A stretch of 64,000 nucleotides of DNA from an uncultured delta proteobacterium (GCA_963745025.1 CAVUWD010000008.1:128001-192000), one strand, 5' to 3'; counted from the first letter of the stretch, positions 50,530 through 62,446 are shown. Program-made: numbers and translations. The notes: generated by a model not told the origin, from the sequence alone.

Positions 50530-51516
50530 TCACTGCACCTTCGGCAGGATGTCCTCCTTCAACCTCCTCAGGTCCGTTATGGTCTTCGCCGTCGGTGTAC
50601 CCTTGAACGGCGGCCACAGGAGCGGAAGCGTCAAGCCGGCCTCCTTGTACCTCTTCAGGTTGTCGGTGATCTGCTGAGGGGTTGCCGTCATCGTAGGGGT
50701 CAGCTTCCCCCTGTAAGTCTGGTCCGTCTTCTCCCTCGTAATGTCGAAGAAGAGCATGCTCGCGATCTCGAGATCATCCAGTGATCGCGGGCTGCCGATC
50801 TTCTCGAGCTCCTCTTTGATTGCCGACCGCCATCTCATGATGTCCTCTGGGGTGTCCCCCACTCCGATCCAGCCTTGCAATCCATATTTGGCGACCCGCT
50901 TTGCCGCGATCTTCGGCTCTCCGAGCCCGCCGAAGAAAATCGGCGGGTGCGGCTTCTGAACGGGCTTTACTCCGAAGCCGCATTTCTGGAACGAGGCGAA
51001 CTCGCCATGGTACTCGAACACCTCCTGCGTCCAGATGCCCTGCATGATCTCGATGGTCTCCATGAGGTGCTTGTTCCGTCTTTCGTAGATGTGCGTCGCA
51101 CTCGCGGCCTCGAACTCCTCGGGCATCCAACCCGTTCCGAGCCCCACGTTGATCCTTCCACCCGAAAGGTGGTCCCAGGTCCCGATCTCCGCCGCCAGGA
51201 CTCCAGGGGCCCGATACGGTGTGTCGATCACACTGACGCCGAGCCTGACCTTCTTCGTGGTCGCAGCCAGATAGGGAATCAGCGGCAAGCCGTGCAAGAA
51301 CTCCGCTCTCGAAGCGACCGGGAGGGCACGAGGGAACTCTTTCATGAAGCCGAACGGCTTGCGCAGCTCCTGGCGGTCGGACGCTTCCGGGACCACGATG
51401 CGGTCCAGAGTCCAAACCGAATCGAATTCGAGCTCCTCGGCAACGCGAGCGAGATCGTCGATCTCACTGACGGTTATCTTGTCCCTGAAGTTTGGCAAGT
51501 AGAGTGCGAGTTTCAT
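50530..51516 (-). CDS. LLM-class (possibly F420-dependent) oxidoreductase
   Basis: FDSVWTLDRIVVP, LSGGRINVGLGTGW, KPVQKPHPPI. Confidence 0.9.
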   Translation of the reverse strand: MKLALYLPNFRDKITVSEIDDLARVAEELEFDSVWTLDRIVVPEASDRQELRKPFGFMKEFPRALPVASRAEFLHGLPLIPYLAATTKKVRLGVSVIDTPYRAPGVLAAEIGTWDHLSGGRINVGLGTGWMPEEFEAASATHIYERRNKHLMETIEIMQGIWTQEVFEYHGEFASFQKCGFGVKPVQKPHPPIFFGGLGEPKIAAKRVAKYGLQGWIGVGDTPEDIMRWRSAIKEELEKIGSPRSLDDLEIASMLFFDITREKTDQTYRGKLTPTMTATPQQITDNLKRYKEAGLTLPLLWPPFKGTPTAKTITDLRRLKEDILPKVQ

Positions 51517-52227
51517 AGAGAACCGACCTCCTCTTCGCTCGTCTTGTACGTCGTACGATTCATGTCACTTGCCGTCCGCCACGAAGCCCCGCCGGCGAAA
51601 GCTCGGTCTCGCGATCCGTCGCGTAGCCGCTTGCCAGCGCCATCCGTTGGAGTCTTCTTTTCCGCCCCTCGCTGCGCCCCTTGAGGTACAAGCACGCAAC
51701 GTGCCGCGGCCGGGGTGTAGCGCAGGACCAGGCATCATGCAATCTACATCAACGGTTCCGGCTCGTGCCAGATACCGGCAGGCACGACGTCGGCGGGGAG
51801 TGCTCACGGTGTGGCTCATGTGACGGAGTGTCCCGGGTACGGTGCGGGTGAAAAACTGACGCAGTTCATCTTGGCCGCGGGATGCGTCGTCTACCCACCG
51901 GAAAGCTGCAAGTCGGATGCCCGCCCAAAAGCGACCAGTAATCTGGGACTCGGATTGTACCCCTCATCTCGATCTGACGCCTTTCGCGTCATGGTGACTC
52001 CGAAAGGACATGCCGAAGCCTCGAGCACGCCGGCGGTGAGGCTGGGCGAGGCCTTTTCGCGATCTTTGCTTGGCACGTTGGGTGCTGGGTGAGGGAATGC
52101 AACTGTGGATCCACGCCTCACCCTTCCCGAAGAAGCCTGGAAACCCCGCCGGTCGCGCGGGAGAAGATCCAGAAGATGCTCGAGGCCGCGCGCCTCGCAT
52201 CGTTGTGTAAGATAAGGAAGAGCGCCC

Positions 52228-53595
52228 ATGAGTGAGGAACGTCCGTACTGGAACATGGAGGTCGAGCCGCTCCTGAACACGCCGACGATGCGTGCGCTGC
52301 AGTGGGAAAAGCTCCAGTACACGTTGCGGTTCGCCTACGACGAGGTGCCCTTCGATCGTGAACGCATGCAGGCAGCCGGGGTGACGCCCGCGGACATCCG
52401 GTCGCTCGACGATTTCGCCCGCGCTCTCAGGCCGTGCGGCCAGGCCGACTTCCGCACCGTCTTCGAGCGCTTCGACCTCGACATGGGCAAGGTCTGGCTC
52501 CACCTCTTCGGCCAGCGGCGGATGGACGATCTGTACTTGCTCACCACCACATCGGGCACCACCGGCGTGCCGACCCCGTACCCAGTGTTCCACCGGACCA
52601 CTGAACTGATGGCGGAGATCATGGCTCGCGTCGGCTGGCGGGCGAACATCCGGCCCGGGACGCGCCTGGCGGTGGGCTTCGGCCTGAGCATGCACGCGGC
52701 AGGCACGCCGCACCTGTTCTGGTTCATGAAGACCCGCGGCGTTACTCTGATCCCGATCGGCGCCGAGGCGGGCACCGAGCGCATGCTCCAGTTCCTCAAG
52801 CTCTTCAATGCCAACGCGCTCTCGTGCACACCGTCGCTGGCGCTGTACCTCATCGAGAAGAGCCCGGAAGTTCTCGGGCACCCCGTGAAGGACCTCGGCA
52901 TCCACACGCTCATGTGCGGCGCCGAACCGGGTGCCGGTATTCCCGAGATCCGCGGCCGCCTCGAGCAGGAGTACGGCGCCCGGGTATTCGACGTCGGGGC
53001 CGGATACGGCGTGTCGTGCGACCACCCACAGTACCAGGGCATGCACTGGGTCGCCGACGACTCCTGCCTGTACGAGTTGGTCGACCCCGAGACCTTCGAG
53101 CCCGTGCCGATCACCGACCGCGCGATCGGGCTCGCGTGTTTCACCCCGCTGCCGCCCGAGTCGGCGATCTTCTTCCATCATCTGCGCTTCACGCTCAACG
53201 ACATCCACCAGGTCTTCACGGATCCGTGCCCGTGCGGCCTGAGCGGGTTCCGGTACAAGATTGTTGGGCGCGCGGACGACATGCTGAAGGTGAAGGGGGT
53301 ACCAGTGTATCCGGCCGCCATACAGGGGGTCATCAACGGCTTCGTGCCGCGCGTCACTGGCGCCTTCCGGATCGTGCTGACGGAGAAACCCCCGCTCGTC
53401 GTTCCGCCGTTGAAGCTGAAGATCGAGCGCGGCGAGGGCGTCCCCGAGGCGGACGTGCCGGCTCTGCAGCGTGAGATCGAGAACAAGCTGCACACGGTGG
53501 TGAAGGTGCGTCCGGCGATCACCTGGCTGGAGCCCAACACGCTGGAGCGGGCGGTGAAGAAGACTCAGCTCCTCGAGAAGCAGTACGAACAATAG
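52228..53595 (+). CDS. Phenylacetate-CoA ligase (PaaK) family protein
   Basis: TSGTTGVP, CGAEPG, GRADDMLKVKGVPVYP. Confidence 0.9.
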   Translation: MSEERPYWNMEVEPLLNTPTMRALQWEKLQYTLRFAYDEVPFDRERMQAAGVTPADIRSLDDFARALRPCGQADFRTVFERFDLDMGKVWLHLFGQRRMDDLYLLTTTSGTTGVPTPYPVFHRTTELMAEIMARVGWRANIRPGTRLAVGFGLSMHAAGTPHLFWFMKTRGVTLIPIGAEAGTERMLQFLKLFNANALSCTPSLALYLIEKSPEVLGHPVKDLGIHTLMCGAEPGAGIPEIRGRLEQEYGARVFDVGAGYGVSCDHPQYQGMHWVADDSCLYELVDPETFEPVPITDRAIGLACFTPLPPESAIFFHHLRFTLNDIHQVFTDPCPCGLSGFRYKIVGRADDMLKVKGVPVYPAAIQGVINGFVPRVTGAFRIVLTEKPPLVVPPLKLKIERGEGVPEADVPALQREIENKLHTVVKVRPAITWLEPNTLERAVKKTQLLEKQYEQ

Positions 53596-53855
53596 GGCTT
53601 GCGGGGCGTCGTCGTCGTAACAGTTCTACGAGAACGTGATCGCAACACGCGTCGCCGGTCAGTTCGCCCACCGCTATCTGGTTGGCCCGTCGTGGGGTGC
53701 AGGCGCCGGCGATCCAGCGTGGATCGTCCTTTTGCCAAGATGTTGACACGCTTACCCGATTATCTCTCGTCTGCTGCACTGATGCTCCGTGCGTCGCACA
53801 GCTTCAACATACGGGCCATCATCGACGTGATCGCCGGAACGAAGGAGAAGAATGC

Positions 53856-54278
53856 ATGCCGACACTCTTCACGAGGATCATCGAAGGTGAGCTTCCGGCT
53901 CGGTTCGTCTGGAAGGATGAGCGCGCCGTCGCCTTCCTGACGATCGAGCCGCTCCGTCCGGGCCACACGCTGGTCGTGCCGCGGAAGGAGGTCGATCACT
54001 GGCTCGACGCCGACGTGTCTCTTCGCAACCACCTGATGGCGGTTTGCCACGCGATCGGCGGGGCAATCGAGCGCGCCTATCGGCCGCCGAAAATCGGTCT
54101 GCTGCTCGCAGGGCTCGAGGTGCCACACCTACACTTTCACGTGTTTCCGCTTTACGAGCTTTCCGACATCGACATCGCGAAGGTGGACCGCCGGCCGAGG
54201 TCCGAGGATCTCGATGCCGCGGCAGAGAAGATCCGTACCGCCCTCGGTGAGCTCGGTTACTCCGAGGTCTCGCGCTGA
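53856..54278 (+). CDS. HIT family hydrolase
   Basis: LFTRIIEGELP, GHTLVVP, VPHLHFHV. Confidence 0.93.
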   Translation: MPTLFTRIIEGELPARFVWKDERAVAFLTIEPLRPGHTLVVPRKEVDHWLDADVSLRNHLMAVCHAIGGAIERAYRPPKIGLLLAGLEVPHLHFHVFPLYELSDIDIAKVDRRPRSEDLDAAAEKIRTALGELGYSEVSR

Positions 54279-54473
54279 AGGAGGCCTTTCGAGAAAGTGA
54301 CTTCGATCGGGGGATGGATCGTTGTCAGATTGGATGAAGTGGCTGGCTACCTCACTCGCGAGGTCACGGTGATCGCGTGCCTCGATTTCACAACGCGGCC
54401 GCTTCGACGGCGAGTTCGTCGTAGGGACACCTACCTGGGTTTCGGGCCTCCCCTGCGCCGGCCGGAGAACAAG

Positions 54474-56378
54474 CTACCTCGCGGCCGAGAGCTCCGCACG
54501 GATTGACCCATCGACGCTCACCTCGAGCAGGATCAATGTCCCGGCTTCGGATCGACGCCACCACCCCTCGCGACGATAGAGGTACTTTCCGATCCGCGGT
54601 TGCCAAACTCCCAAGCGCATGGAGTAGGCGCCGGCCGGAGCCGATTGGGGTACGCTCACGCGGCGCGTATCCTTGATAGTCTCCCCGGCTTCCCAGCTTC
54701 CCGTACGGTGCTGGGGCACTCCTAGAATGTGGTCGTCCTGGAATCGGGAGCCGGGCCCGTCGAAATGGACAAAGGCCGCGTAGTCCGACCTCATTCTTCG
54801 CTGCGCCTGCCAGTAGTATGTGACGTCGAATTGCCGCGGCCCGACGGCCAGAAAATCGTAGCCGACGAGCGTCAAGAGGCCTGCAAAATCCCAGCCGACT
54901 CTCATCATCGGCGTGAAACGCTCAATTTCCAGGCGCTCCATTTCCTCGACGCCGTCCATCCTCTTGGCAAGCTCATACTCGTCCCGAAGTGCATTGATGG
55001 CACGATCGCTCCACGGCTCGCCCTCGATTTGTTCGCGGCGGTACCGCTCGAGAAGCGCGCCAACCGGTATCGGTATTCCGAGCTTTCGCTTCACAGTAGT
55101 CGTCACGCGCCAGTAGACTGGGTTGACGAGCTGGTTGTCGGTCCAGGACCAGAGTCGTCGCGGAGCCCTATCGACGTCCAGCGGATGCGCGTTCCAGCCG
55201 ATGTCATCCCAGAAAGCGCCGATCGAGTGCGTTCCGACGGACCAGAGGAGGGCGGCGACAAAGGCGGCTTTGATCCACCGGCTGCGGTTCAAGTCGTTGC
55301 GAAGTGGATAGAGGGCCAACGCGAGCAGGGGAGTGAGGTCGGCCAAGAGCCGCGGCCCGAAGGTGTGTCCACCCCACCAAGGCCACCACCTGCAGTACAG
55401 GAACACGACGAGCAGCGCCCCTACGCCAACGGCGCGAAGAAGAGGATCCCCGCCCCTTCTCCATGCCATTCCCAATGTCACGAGGGAAAAAAGAAAGATC
55501 GGCGAGTAGATGAACAATCCCCGTCCTGGACTGAACAGCAATCCGGAGAGTCCCTCCCAGAATCGCCCCGTCCAATGTTCCCCTTGGAGAATCGGAGCCT
55601 GGGTCCAGAACGCACTTCCCTGGTAAGTGACATTGTACCAGAGTTGGAATGCTATGGGTGGAAGAGCGAAAACCAGCAGATGGCCGACTTGTTTCGGATA
55701 GTGGAGCAGAACATAGAGGCCGAGAGGCACGGCAAGGAGCAGATCAGTGGGCCTGGAGATGATGGCAAACGCCAGAGGAAATCCGCTGACTGCAACCCAT
55801 CCCTCTGCCTCGCGCCCCTTCACGAGGAAATAGAGCGCCGCTGCGAGCCCGAGTTGGCTCGGGCCATGCTGCCAGAGAGCCTGGCTGCTGACGCTCAAGC
55901 TGCTCGTTCCAAATGCATAAGCCCCGGTGACGAGGAGTGCCATTCGGAGGGTCGTCAACCGGACGAGAGCGAGATACAGAAAGACGGCCGAGAGAGCGAC
56001 GATCGCGGCCGCCGAAGTCTTTTCGAGATCCTCCCAGACGGGGCTTTCGGGCGCTTCGCCTCTGAGCACCGCAGGGAGATAGATCGGAACCGCAAGCACG
56101 GCGCCGGTCACGGGATAAGACGACACGTACGTGCCCCTGAAATGGCGGACGTAATACGGGAGTTTTGGCGAATAGAGGAAGGGGAAGCCGTCCAAGTAAA
56201 AGCTGCCGTGCCGCAATATGCTCACGGGCAGATAGCGATTCGGTGTGGTATCGCCCGACGGAATCGCGTGCCCATTGAGAAGGTAGCCACCCAGCACCAG
56301 AGCAAATAGGCAGATCGTTTCGAGGAGTGTCCGGCGGCACCGAGCGAGCGACCGCGGCGGTGTGCCGTTGAAGAGCAT
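54474..56378 (-). CDS. GT-C-like membrane glycosyltransferase (start approximate)
   Basis: SQALWQHG, GLLFSPGRGLFIYSP, WWGGHTFGPR, C-terminal YWQA..FVHF periplasmic domain. Confidence 0.7.
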   Translation of the reverse strand: MLFNGTPPRSLARCRRTLLETICLFALVLGGYLLNGHAIPSGDTTPNRYLPVSILRHGSFYLDGFPFLYSPKLPYYVRHFRGTYVSSYPVTGAVLAVPIYLPAVLRGEAPESPVWEDLEKTSAAAIVALSAVFLYLALVRLTTLRMALLVTGAYAFGTSSLSVSSQALWQHGPSQLGLAAALYFLVKGREAEGWVAVSGFPLAFAIISRPTDLLLAVPLGLYVLLHYPKQVGHLLVFALPPIAFQLWYNVTYQGSAFWTQAPILQGEHWTGRFWEGLSGLLFSPGRGLFIYSPIFLFSLVTLGMAWRRGGDPLLRAVGVGALLVVFLYCRWWPWWGGHTFGPRLLADLTPLLALALYPLRNDLNRSRWIKAAFVAALLWSVGTHSIGAFWDDIGWNAHPLDVDRAPRRLWSWTDNQLVNPVYWRVTTTVKRKLGIPIPVGALLERYRREQIEGEPWSDRAINALRDEYELAKRMDGVEEMERLEIERFTPMMRVGWDFAGLLTLVGYDFLAVGPRQFDVTYYWQAQRRMRSDYAAFVHFDGPGSRFQDDHILGVPQHRTGSWEAGETIKDTRRVSVPQSAPAGAYSMRLGVWQPRIGKYLYRREGWWRRSEAGTLILLEVSVDGSIRAELSAAR

Positions 56379-56571
56379 TCCTTGCACGTTGCCAACGTGA
56401 TGCCTCACCACTTTCGTGTGCGCAAACGGCGCGTCGTGCGTTTCGCGCCTGGGATATCCGTTATTAGCGCCCGAAGTTGACGTCAGTTCCGATGTCAGAC
56501 GCCAACACGACCGCTCTCCCGCCTCGACGGGGCGCACAAAGGTACGGCGGCGGCACCAGCGAGCTGTGATG

Positions 56572-57885
56572 TCAGAAGATCAGCTGCACGCGCGCACCGA
56601 GGACGGTCGCGGTGGCGATGTACTCGCGAGCGAGCAGGCCGGTGACTTGCCGCCTCTGACTCGGCCCGATCATTTGAACGTCCGGCGTCACTAGCATCCA
56701 CGGCGTGAGCGCGAGGTTGTAGAACGCCTCGAAGCCCCATTCATCGCGCAAGAACGACTTGACCACGAACGGACGCTGAAACGTCGGGTTGTTGACGCTG
56801 GTGTAGAAGTACCCGATGCCGAATCGATCGAAATCGCGGCTCGGGATCATACCCTTGCCGCCTACGCCGATGCTGTAGAAATACTGTTCCGGAATCGGAT
56901 TGCCTTCGGAAGCGCCGAAGCGTCCGAACAAGCCGACGCCCTTCCCGGCGCGCTTGTCGGTCTCGTATAGAAATTGGTCGAAGTTGTAGAACACGGACCA
57001 GGTATCGTCTTTCTTCGCCAGCGCCCGGTTCTCGATGACGAAGCCGAGACGCTGATCGATCGACGTGTACTCTCTGTTCGAATACAGCGCACCAACCAGT
57101 TGATGTCCGGTCAGCCCGAAGAAGTCGGTGCGCACCCGGCCCGAACCCGCGAATATCGCTCCGTTCAGATCATCGAACCCCGTCGTGCTGGCTTTGCCGG
57201 TGGCCGAGAGAACGGAGAAGTTGACGATGGCCTGGTCGGGATCCGCCGTCGGCAAGATGATCGCCCCCGTGCCCAACGTCGAGTAGGGTACCACTAGCGC
57301 CACTGGATTGATGTTGAAAGCCAGATTGAAAAACTGCGTATCGCCCTTGCCGTGGGCAAACTCGTTCTCGTCGCCTGTGGAGATCGTCTGGAGCTTCCCG
57401 ACGAAGACGCCGAAGTAGTGCGAAAGAAACTGCGCGAAAGACAAATTCGGTAGGGCGACGTTGTTGTCGATCGGGAGTGGAAAGAGCTGGTTGGTGTTCG
57501 CTGGATTGAGCGCGCCGGTCTTGCCGTTGACCGACTCATTCCAGTTCCCTTCCAGTTCGACGGTGAGGAATCCGCCCGGCCACAGTCCGAGCTTCTGGGT
57601 ATCGAGATTGGCGGTGAGATCGCCGCGGCCGCCGTATTCCCAACTCCCGTTCTTCCCGCCGCTGACGACGCCTTGCTCGATCTGGGTGAGGCTCGCATCG
57701 AAGGTGATGCCCTTCGCCGCCAGATCGTTGCGCGCACCACCCCAATCACCGGTCAGGGTCGAGCGGTCGAAAAAACCGCCTGAGTATGGACGAGTGGATA
57801 CCGCTTCCGCCGCCGTAGCGGGCGACCGGAAGGACATCCCCAGCAGAACCAGAACACTTGCGACGATCATTGACCGCCTCATCAT
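56572..57885 (-). CDS. Carbohydrate-selective porin (OprB family)
   Basis: Signal peptide, LTGDWGGARNDL, EAFYN, TPDVQ, C-terminal F. Confidence 0.85.
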   Translation of the reverse strand: MMRRSMIVASVLVLLGMSFRSPATAAEAVSTRPYSGGFFDRSTLTGDWGGARNDLAAKGITFDASLTQIEQGVVSGGKNGSWEYGGRGDLTANLDTQKLGLWPGGFLTVELEGNWNESVNGKTGALNPANTNQLFPLPIDNNVALPNLSFAQFLSHYFGVFVGKLQTISTGDENEFAHGKGDTQFFNLAFNINPVALVVPYSTLGTGAIILPTADPDQAIVNFSVLSATGKASTTGFDDLNGAIFAGSGRVRTDFFGLTGHQLVGALYSNREYTSIDQRLGFVIENRALAKKDDTWSVFYNFDQFLYETDKRAGKGVGLFGRFGASEGNPIPEQYFYSIGVGGKGMIPSRDFDRFGIGYFYTSVNNPTFQRPFVVKSFLRDEWGFEAFYNLALTPWMLVTPDVQMIGPSQRRQVTGLLAREYIATATVLGARVQLIF

Positions 57886-58049
57886 TCTTACGCCCCCGTT
57901 GTCGGTTTCGAACCCGCTCCAGTCGATGCAGATTGTTCGCCGGTACGTGCTCCTGTTACCACTACGCGGGTGATGTCGCCAGCGAGAGTCCGGCCCGCTT
58001 TTCGAGCTGCGAGCGGGCGGCCCGTCAGCGCGGGGCGGGCCGTGAAGGG

Positions 58050-58200
58050 CTCCGGTACGCGACGAACTCGCGCAAATAGGCGAGGCTCGTTCCATACGTC
58101 CAGCCCGAGCCCGGGGTCTCGTCGGGAAAGCGCGTGCGCGACAGGCGCTCGCGAAGGTCGAGGAGAACAGTGTCCGGAACGGCGATGCGGAAGGTTCGAT
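58050..58200 (-). pseudogene. Epoxide hydrolase N-terminal shard
   Basis: FRIAVPDTVLLDLRERLSRTRFP...WTYGTSLAYLRE. Confidence 0.7.
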
Positions 58201-58305
58201 CTGGATGCGGCACGTTCTACTGTAGCCAGTAGCCCGAGGCCGGTAGGCTGTAGCCATTCCTTCCCTCTTGCGCCGCCTCTCCATCCGCGGTGTGATGGTT
58301 GGAAC

Positions 58306-60009
58306 GTGGTTCACGGAAACACCCTCGGTCTCGCGCCGAGCGAGCTTGCGGCTCTCGAGCGCCTCTACCGAAGACGCGTGCCGCCGAATCGCGTGACGAG
58401 CCCCGAGCTCGCCCGTGCGCTCACCGAGCGCTCCGCTGAGATCGGCCGCCAGGTCGGCGTGCTCATCAACCGCCGCGGACAGATCGAGTTCGTGATCGTC
58501 GGTGAGGCGGGGAAGCTCATGCTGCCCGACCTGGGTCGGCAGCGCGCTGGCCTCGGTCGCTTGCGCGGTCTCCGCCTGGTGCACACCCATCTGCGCGGTG
58601 AGCCGCTGACGCATGACGACCTCGTCGACCTCGGGATGCTCCGACTCGACCTCGTCGCCGCGATCACGGTCGAGGAGGGCGGCCTTCCCGGTCTGGCCTA
58701 CCTCGCCCACGTCGTCCCCGATCGCCCCGACCGGCCGCTCGACGAGCGGCCGCTGTGGGAAACGCTCGCGCCGCTGCGAGTGCACGATCTGGACCTCGAC
58801 TTCGAGGAGCTCGTCACGTCCCTGGAGGCCGAGCTTTCGCGGTCGACCCGCTTGCGCGCGCCCGGCGGGAAGAATCGGGCCGTGCTGGTCGGCGTGGGGA
58901 CCGGGTTGCGCCAGGAAGCGGAGGAATCCCTCGAGGAGCTGAAGGAGCTCGCGCGCACGGCCGGCGTCACGGTCCTCGACACGATTCTGCAGAGCCGCAA
59001 GCAGCTCGACCCGCGCACGCTGATCGGGCGCGGCAAGCTCGAGGAGCTCAATCTGCGCTGCCTGCAGTACGGCGCGGAGCTGATCATCTTCGATCGCGAT
59101 CTGACCCCGGCCCAGATCAACACGATCGCCGAGGCGACCGAGCTGAAGGTGCTCGATCGCACCCAGCTGATCCTCGACATCTTCGCGCAGAGGGCCAAGA
59201 GCCGCGACGGCAAGATTCAAGTCGAGCTCGCGCAGCTCCGCTATCGCCTGCCGCGTCTGCGCGGCAAGGGCGATGCGATGAGCCGTCTCGCGGGCGGCAT
59301 CGGCGGCCGTGGCCCCGGCGAGACCAAGCTCGAGGAGGACCGGCGCCGACTGCGCGAGCGCATTCACCGGCTCGAGCGCGAGCTCGACGCGATCGCCGTC
59401 AGTCGCGCGATGCGTCGCAAGCAGCGCGGGCGGAAGAAGCTCCCGGTGGTGAGCATCGTCGGCTACACGAACGCCGGGAAGAGCACGCTGCTGTCGGCGC
59501 TCACGGGAACGCCCGCGTACGCCGACGATTTGCTGTTCGCCACACTCGACCCGGCGAGCCGCCGACTGCGGTTTCCTCGCGAGCGCGAGGTGATCATCAC
59601 CGATACGGTCGGTTTCATCCGCGATCTGCCTCCCGACTTGGCAGCGGCGTTCCGCGCGACTCTCGAGGAGCTGCAGGACGCCGATCTCCTACTCCACGTC
59701 GTCGACGTCTCGGACCCGCACTTCGAGGAGCACATGAACGCGGTCGACGCGATCCTCGACGACCTCGATCTCGGGCGTGTGCCGAAGCTCGTGGTGTTCA
59801 ACAAGGCCGATCGGCTGGGCAACGGGTCGGAGTGGCTCGCGACCCTCACCCACCGCCATCACGCCGTAGCGGTGAGCGCGCTGCGCGGGGAAGGGCTCGA
59901 TCGTCTCGTCGAGACGGCGGACGGGTTGCTCGGGGAGCCGCAGGTCACGGCGGACACGGCGCGTTGGAAACCGGCGACCCACCACCGGCTACCACCAAAG
60001 ACACCGTGA
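58306..60009 (+). CDS. hflX: GTPase HflX (long N-terminal form)
   Basis: [39 protein letters not shown]. Confidence 0.95.
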   Translation: MVHGNTLGLAPSELAALERLYRRRVPPNRVTSPELARALTERSAEIGRQVGVLINRRGQIEFVIVGEAGKLMLPDLGRQRAGLGRLRGLRLVHTHLRGEPLTHDDLVDLGMLRLDLVAAITVEEGGLPGLAYLAHVVPDRPDRPLDERPLWETLAPLRVHDLDLDFEELVTSLEAELSRSTRLRAPGGKNRAVLVGVGTGLRQEAEESLEELKELARTAGVTVLDTILQSRKQLDPRTLIGRGKLEELNLRCLQYGAELIIFDRDLTPAQINTIAEATELKVLDRTQLILDIFAQRAKSRDGKIQVELAQLRYRLPRLRGKGDAMSRLAGGIGGRGPGETKLEEDRRRLRERIHRLERELDAIAVSRAMRRKQRGRKKLPVVSIVGYTNAGKSTLLSALTGTPAYADDLLFATLDPASRRLRFPREREVIITDTVGFIRDLPPDLAAAFRATLEELQDADLLLHVVDVSDPHFEEHMNAVDAILDDLDLGRVPKLVVFNKADRLGNGSEWLATLTHRHHAVAVSALRGEGLDRLVETADGLLGEPQVTADTARWKPATHHRLPPKTP

Positions 60010-60106
60010 ACTCTTTGCCCGTAGCCGATGGCCGAAGTCGCTCCGGAGAGCTTCGTGACGCAGACGCTCTTGCCAAGGTCGCCGGGCTCGCGTAGCCCGA
60101 GCGCTC

Positions 60107-61491
60107 ATGAAGACCGGAAGCGAGTACAAGAATACGCTCGAGGACGGCCGGGCGACCTACTTCGAGGGCCGTCGCATCCACGATCTGGCGAATCATCCGC
60201 TGCTCGGCCAGTCGGTCGAGCTGGTGGCCCGTGGATACGACCGCTGGTACGAGCCGGGCGCCGAGGCTCGGAACCCGCTGATGACGATTCCGCGCTCCAC
60301 CGACGATCTGCGCGCGCGCATTGCGATGCAACACGGCGCCGACATGGTCGCACTCGTCACCTACCAGTCGGTGATGACGCTCACCACGACGGCGGCGAGA
60401 ATCGGCGACGCCCACCCGAAATACGTCGAGCGTATCCGCCGGTACGTCGAGCGCGCGCAGCGAGACGACATTCGCATCACCGAGTGCATCACCGACGCCA
60501 AGGGCGACCGGAGCCAGCCGCCGTCCAAGCAGGACGATCCCGACTGCTACGTGCGCGTGGTCGACCGCACGAGCGACGGCGTGGTGATTCGCGGCGCGAA
60601 GCTGCACATCACGGGCGCCTCGCTCGGACACGAGCTGATGATCATTCCGACCAAGGCGATGAAGCCGGGAGAGGAGGACTACGCGATCGCCTGCGCGGTG
60701 CCGGTGAACGCCAGGGGCGTGAAGATCGTCAACACCACCTTCGCGCCCCGCCACGAGGATGTCCGCTCCTTCCCGCTTTCGGCGCGGATCCACATGCCCG
60801 AGGGCTTCGTCATCTTCGACGACGTGTTCGTGCCGAACGAGCGCGTCTTCCTCGACGGCGAGGTCGGTCATGCCGCTGTCGTTCGCGCATTCGCTCGGTC
60901 TCTGGGAACGACTCGGCGGCCTCTCCGACATGGTCGAGCAGGCCGACCAGCTCGTCGGCTTCGCGCAGCTCATCGCCGAGGCCAACGGTCTCGCCTCCGT
61001 CGTTCACATCAAGGAGAAGATCTCCGAGATGATCATCCACGCCACGCTGCTGCGCGCGGCGCCTCGAGGCCGCGGTGACGAACTGCGAGGTCGCGGCCGA
61101 CGGCGCCGTGTTCCCGAACGAGCTCTACATGAACGCGGCCAAGTACCACGCGGCGGCGAACTACAACCTGATGGTGCGCCATCTCCACGACATCGCCGGC
61201 GGCTCGGTGCTGACGGCGCCCGCGATGAGCGATCTGGAGAACCCCGAGACCGGGCCGCTGGTACGCAAGTACATGCGCACCATGCAGGCGGTCGACGGCG
61301 AGTACCGCTTACGTCTGTTCCACGCGATCCGCGACGTCACCGCCGACGCCTTCGGCGGCTGGCGGATGGTGACCAACATCCAGGCCGGCGGCGGTCTGTA
61401 CGCGCAGCGCATCGTCACCCGGCGCCATTACGATCTGCAGGGCGCGAAGAAGAAGGCGCTCCGCGCGGCCGGGCTGCTGCCAGAAGAATAG
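60107..61491 (+). CDS. 4-hydroxyphenylacetate 3-hydroxylase / 4-hydroxybutyryl-CoA dehydratase family; two frameshifts (~60875, ~61060)
   Basis: ITDAKGDRS, GVVIRGAKLHITG, IFDDVFVPNERVFL, HDIAGG. Confidence 0.85.
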
Positions 61492-61645
61492 CGCGCAGAG
61501 CCGCCTACGGAGAGCTCGGAATCGTTGCCCGGCGGTTCCGCAGCGCCGCCGACCTCCCGCCTCACCGGCGGCGGTGGCGCTAGGAGCGTGCGCCACGGAT
61601 CGCTCCCGTTGGGCGCGATCAAAGGGAATGCAACATCCTGCGGCG

Positions 61646-62395
61646 CTAGCGCGAAGGAAGGACGCGTCGGCGCGGCCGCTCGGCGCCGAACAGGCGCACG
61701 AGCGCGCCGAATACCCGGTCTGCGGTCGCGTGGAGATCGGTGATGCGCTCGCGGGTCTCTCGCCGGATCTCGTCGGGATGGATCTCGACGGCGAGACGTT
61801 CGATGTCATCGCGGTGGGCGGGGACTCGCAGCCACCGCTCGATCAACGGCTCGTCCACCTCGAGGTGGAACTGAAAGCCGTAGACGTTGGTGCCGTAGCG
61901 GAAGGCCTGATGCGTGCACCGCTCGGAGCTCGCCAGGTGGACGCCGCCGTCGGGCAGGTCGAAGACGTCACCGTGCCACTGGAAGAGCCGGGTCTCGCCG
62001 CCGAGGTGGCCGAGCAACGGATCGCTTCTTCCCTCGTCGGTGAGCGCGACGTCGTGCCAGCCGATCTCCTTCTTGGCGCCTGCCCGGACCTCGGCGCCGA
62101 GGGCCTTGGCGATGAGCTGCGCGCCGAGGCAGATTCCGAGAACCGGGATCTGTCGATCGATGGCATCGACCACGAGCTCCATCTCCGTGGCGAGATGCGG
62201 ATGGCGATCGACCTGATCGACGCTCATCGGACCGCCGAGGATCACGAGCCCGTCGTAGCCTTCGAGAGTCGGTCGGACGTGCGGGTCGCGGCCGAAGTTC
62301 ACGTAGCGGATGCGAAATCCCGACTCGCGCAGCTTCGGGTCGAGCGTTCCGAGCGGTTCGTAAGGGACGTGCTGGCAGACGAGCAGCTTGGGCAT
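61646..62395 (-). CDS. Type 1 glutamine amidotransferase
   Basis: LGGPMS, LGICLGAQL, QWHGD, QFHLE. Confidence 0.9.
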   Translation of the reverse strand: MPKLLVCQHVPYEPLGTLDPKLRESGFRIRYVNFGRDPHVRPTLEGYDGLVILGGPMSVDQVDRHPHLATEMELVVDAIDRQIPVLGICLGAQLIAKALGAEVRAGAKKEIGWHDVALTDEGRSDPLLGHLGGETRLFQWHGDVFDLPDGGVHLASSERCTHQAFRYGTNVYGFQFHLEVDEPLIERWLRVPAHRDDIERLAVEIHPDEIRRETRERITDLHATADRVFGALVRLFGAERPRRRVLPSR

Positions 62396-62446
62396 GCCTG
62401 GGCGTGGGGGAGTATGCCCCGCTTGACCCAAGTGTTCTAGAGCTTC

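Noticed and set aside
51520-52220. Large intergenic gap as an ncRNA
   Set aside because: No recognisable motif, repeat or convincing ORF by eye.
56572-59367. 931-aa ORF as a giant porin fusion
   Set aside because: The N-terminal half is the antisense shadow of hflX; the real porin starts at the signal peptide near 57885.
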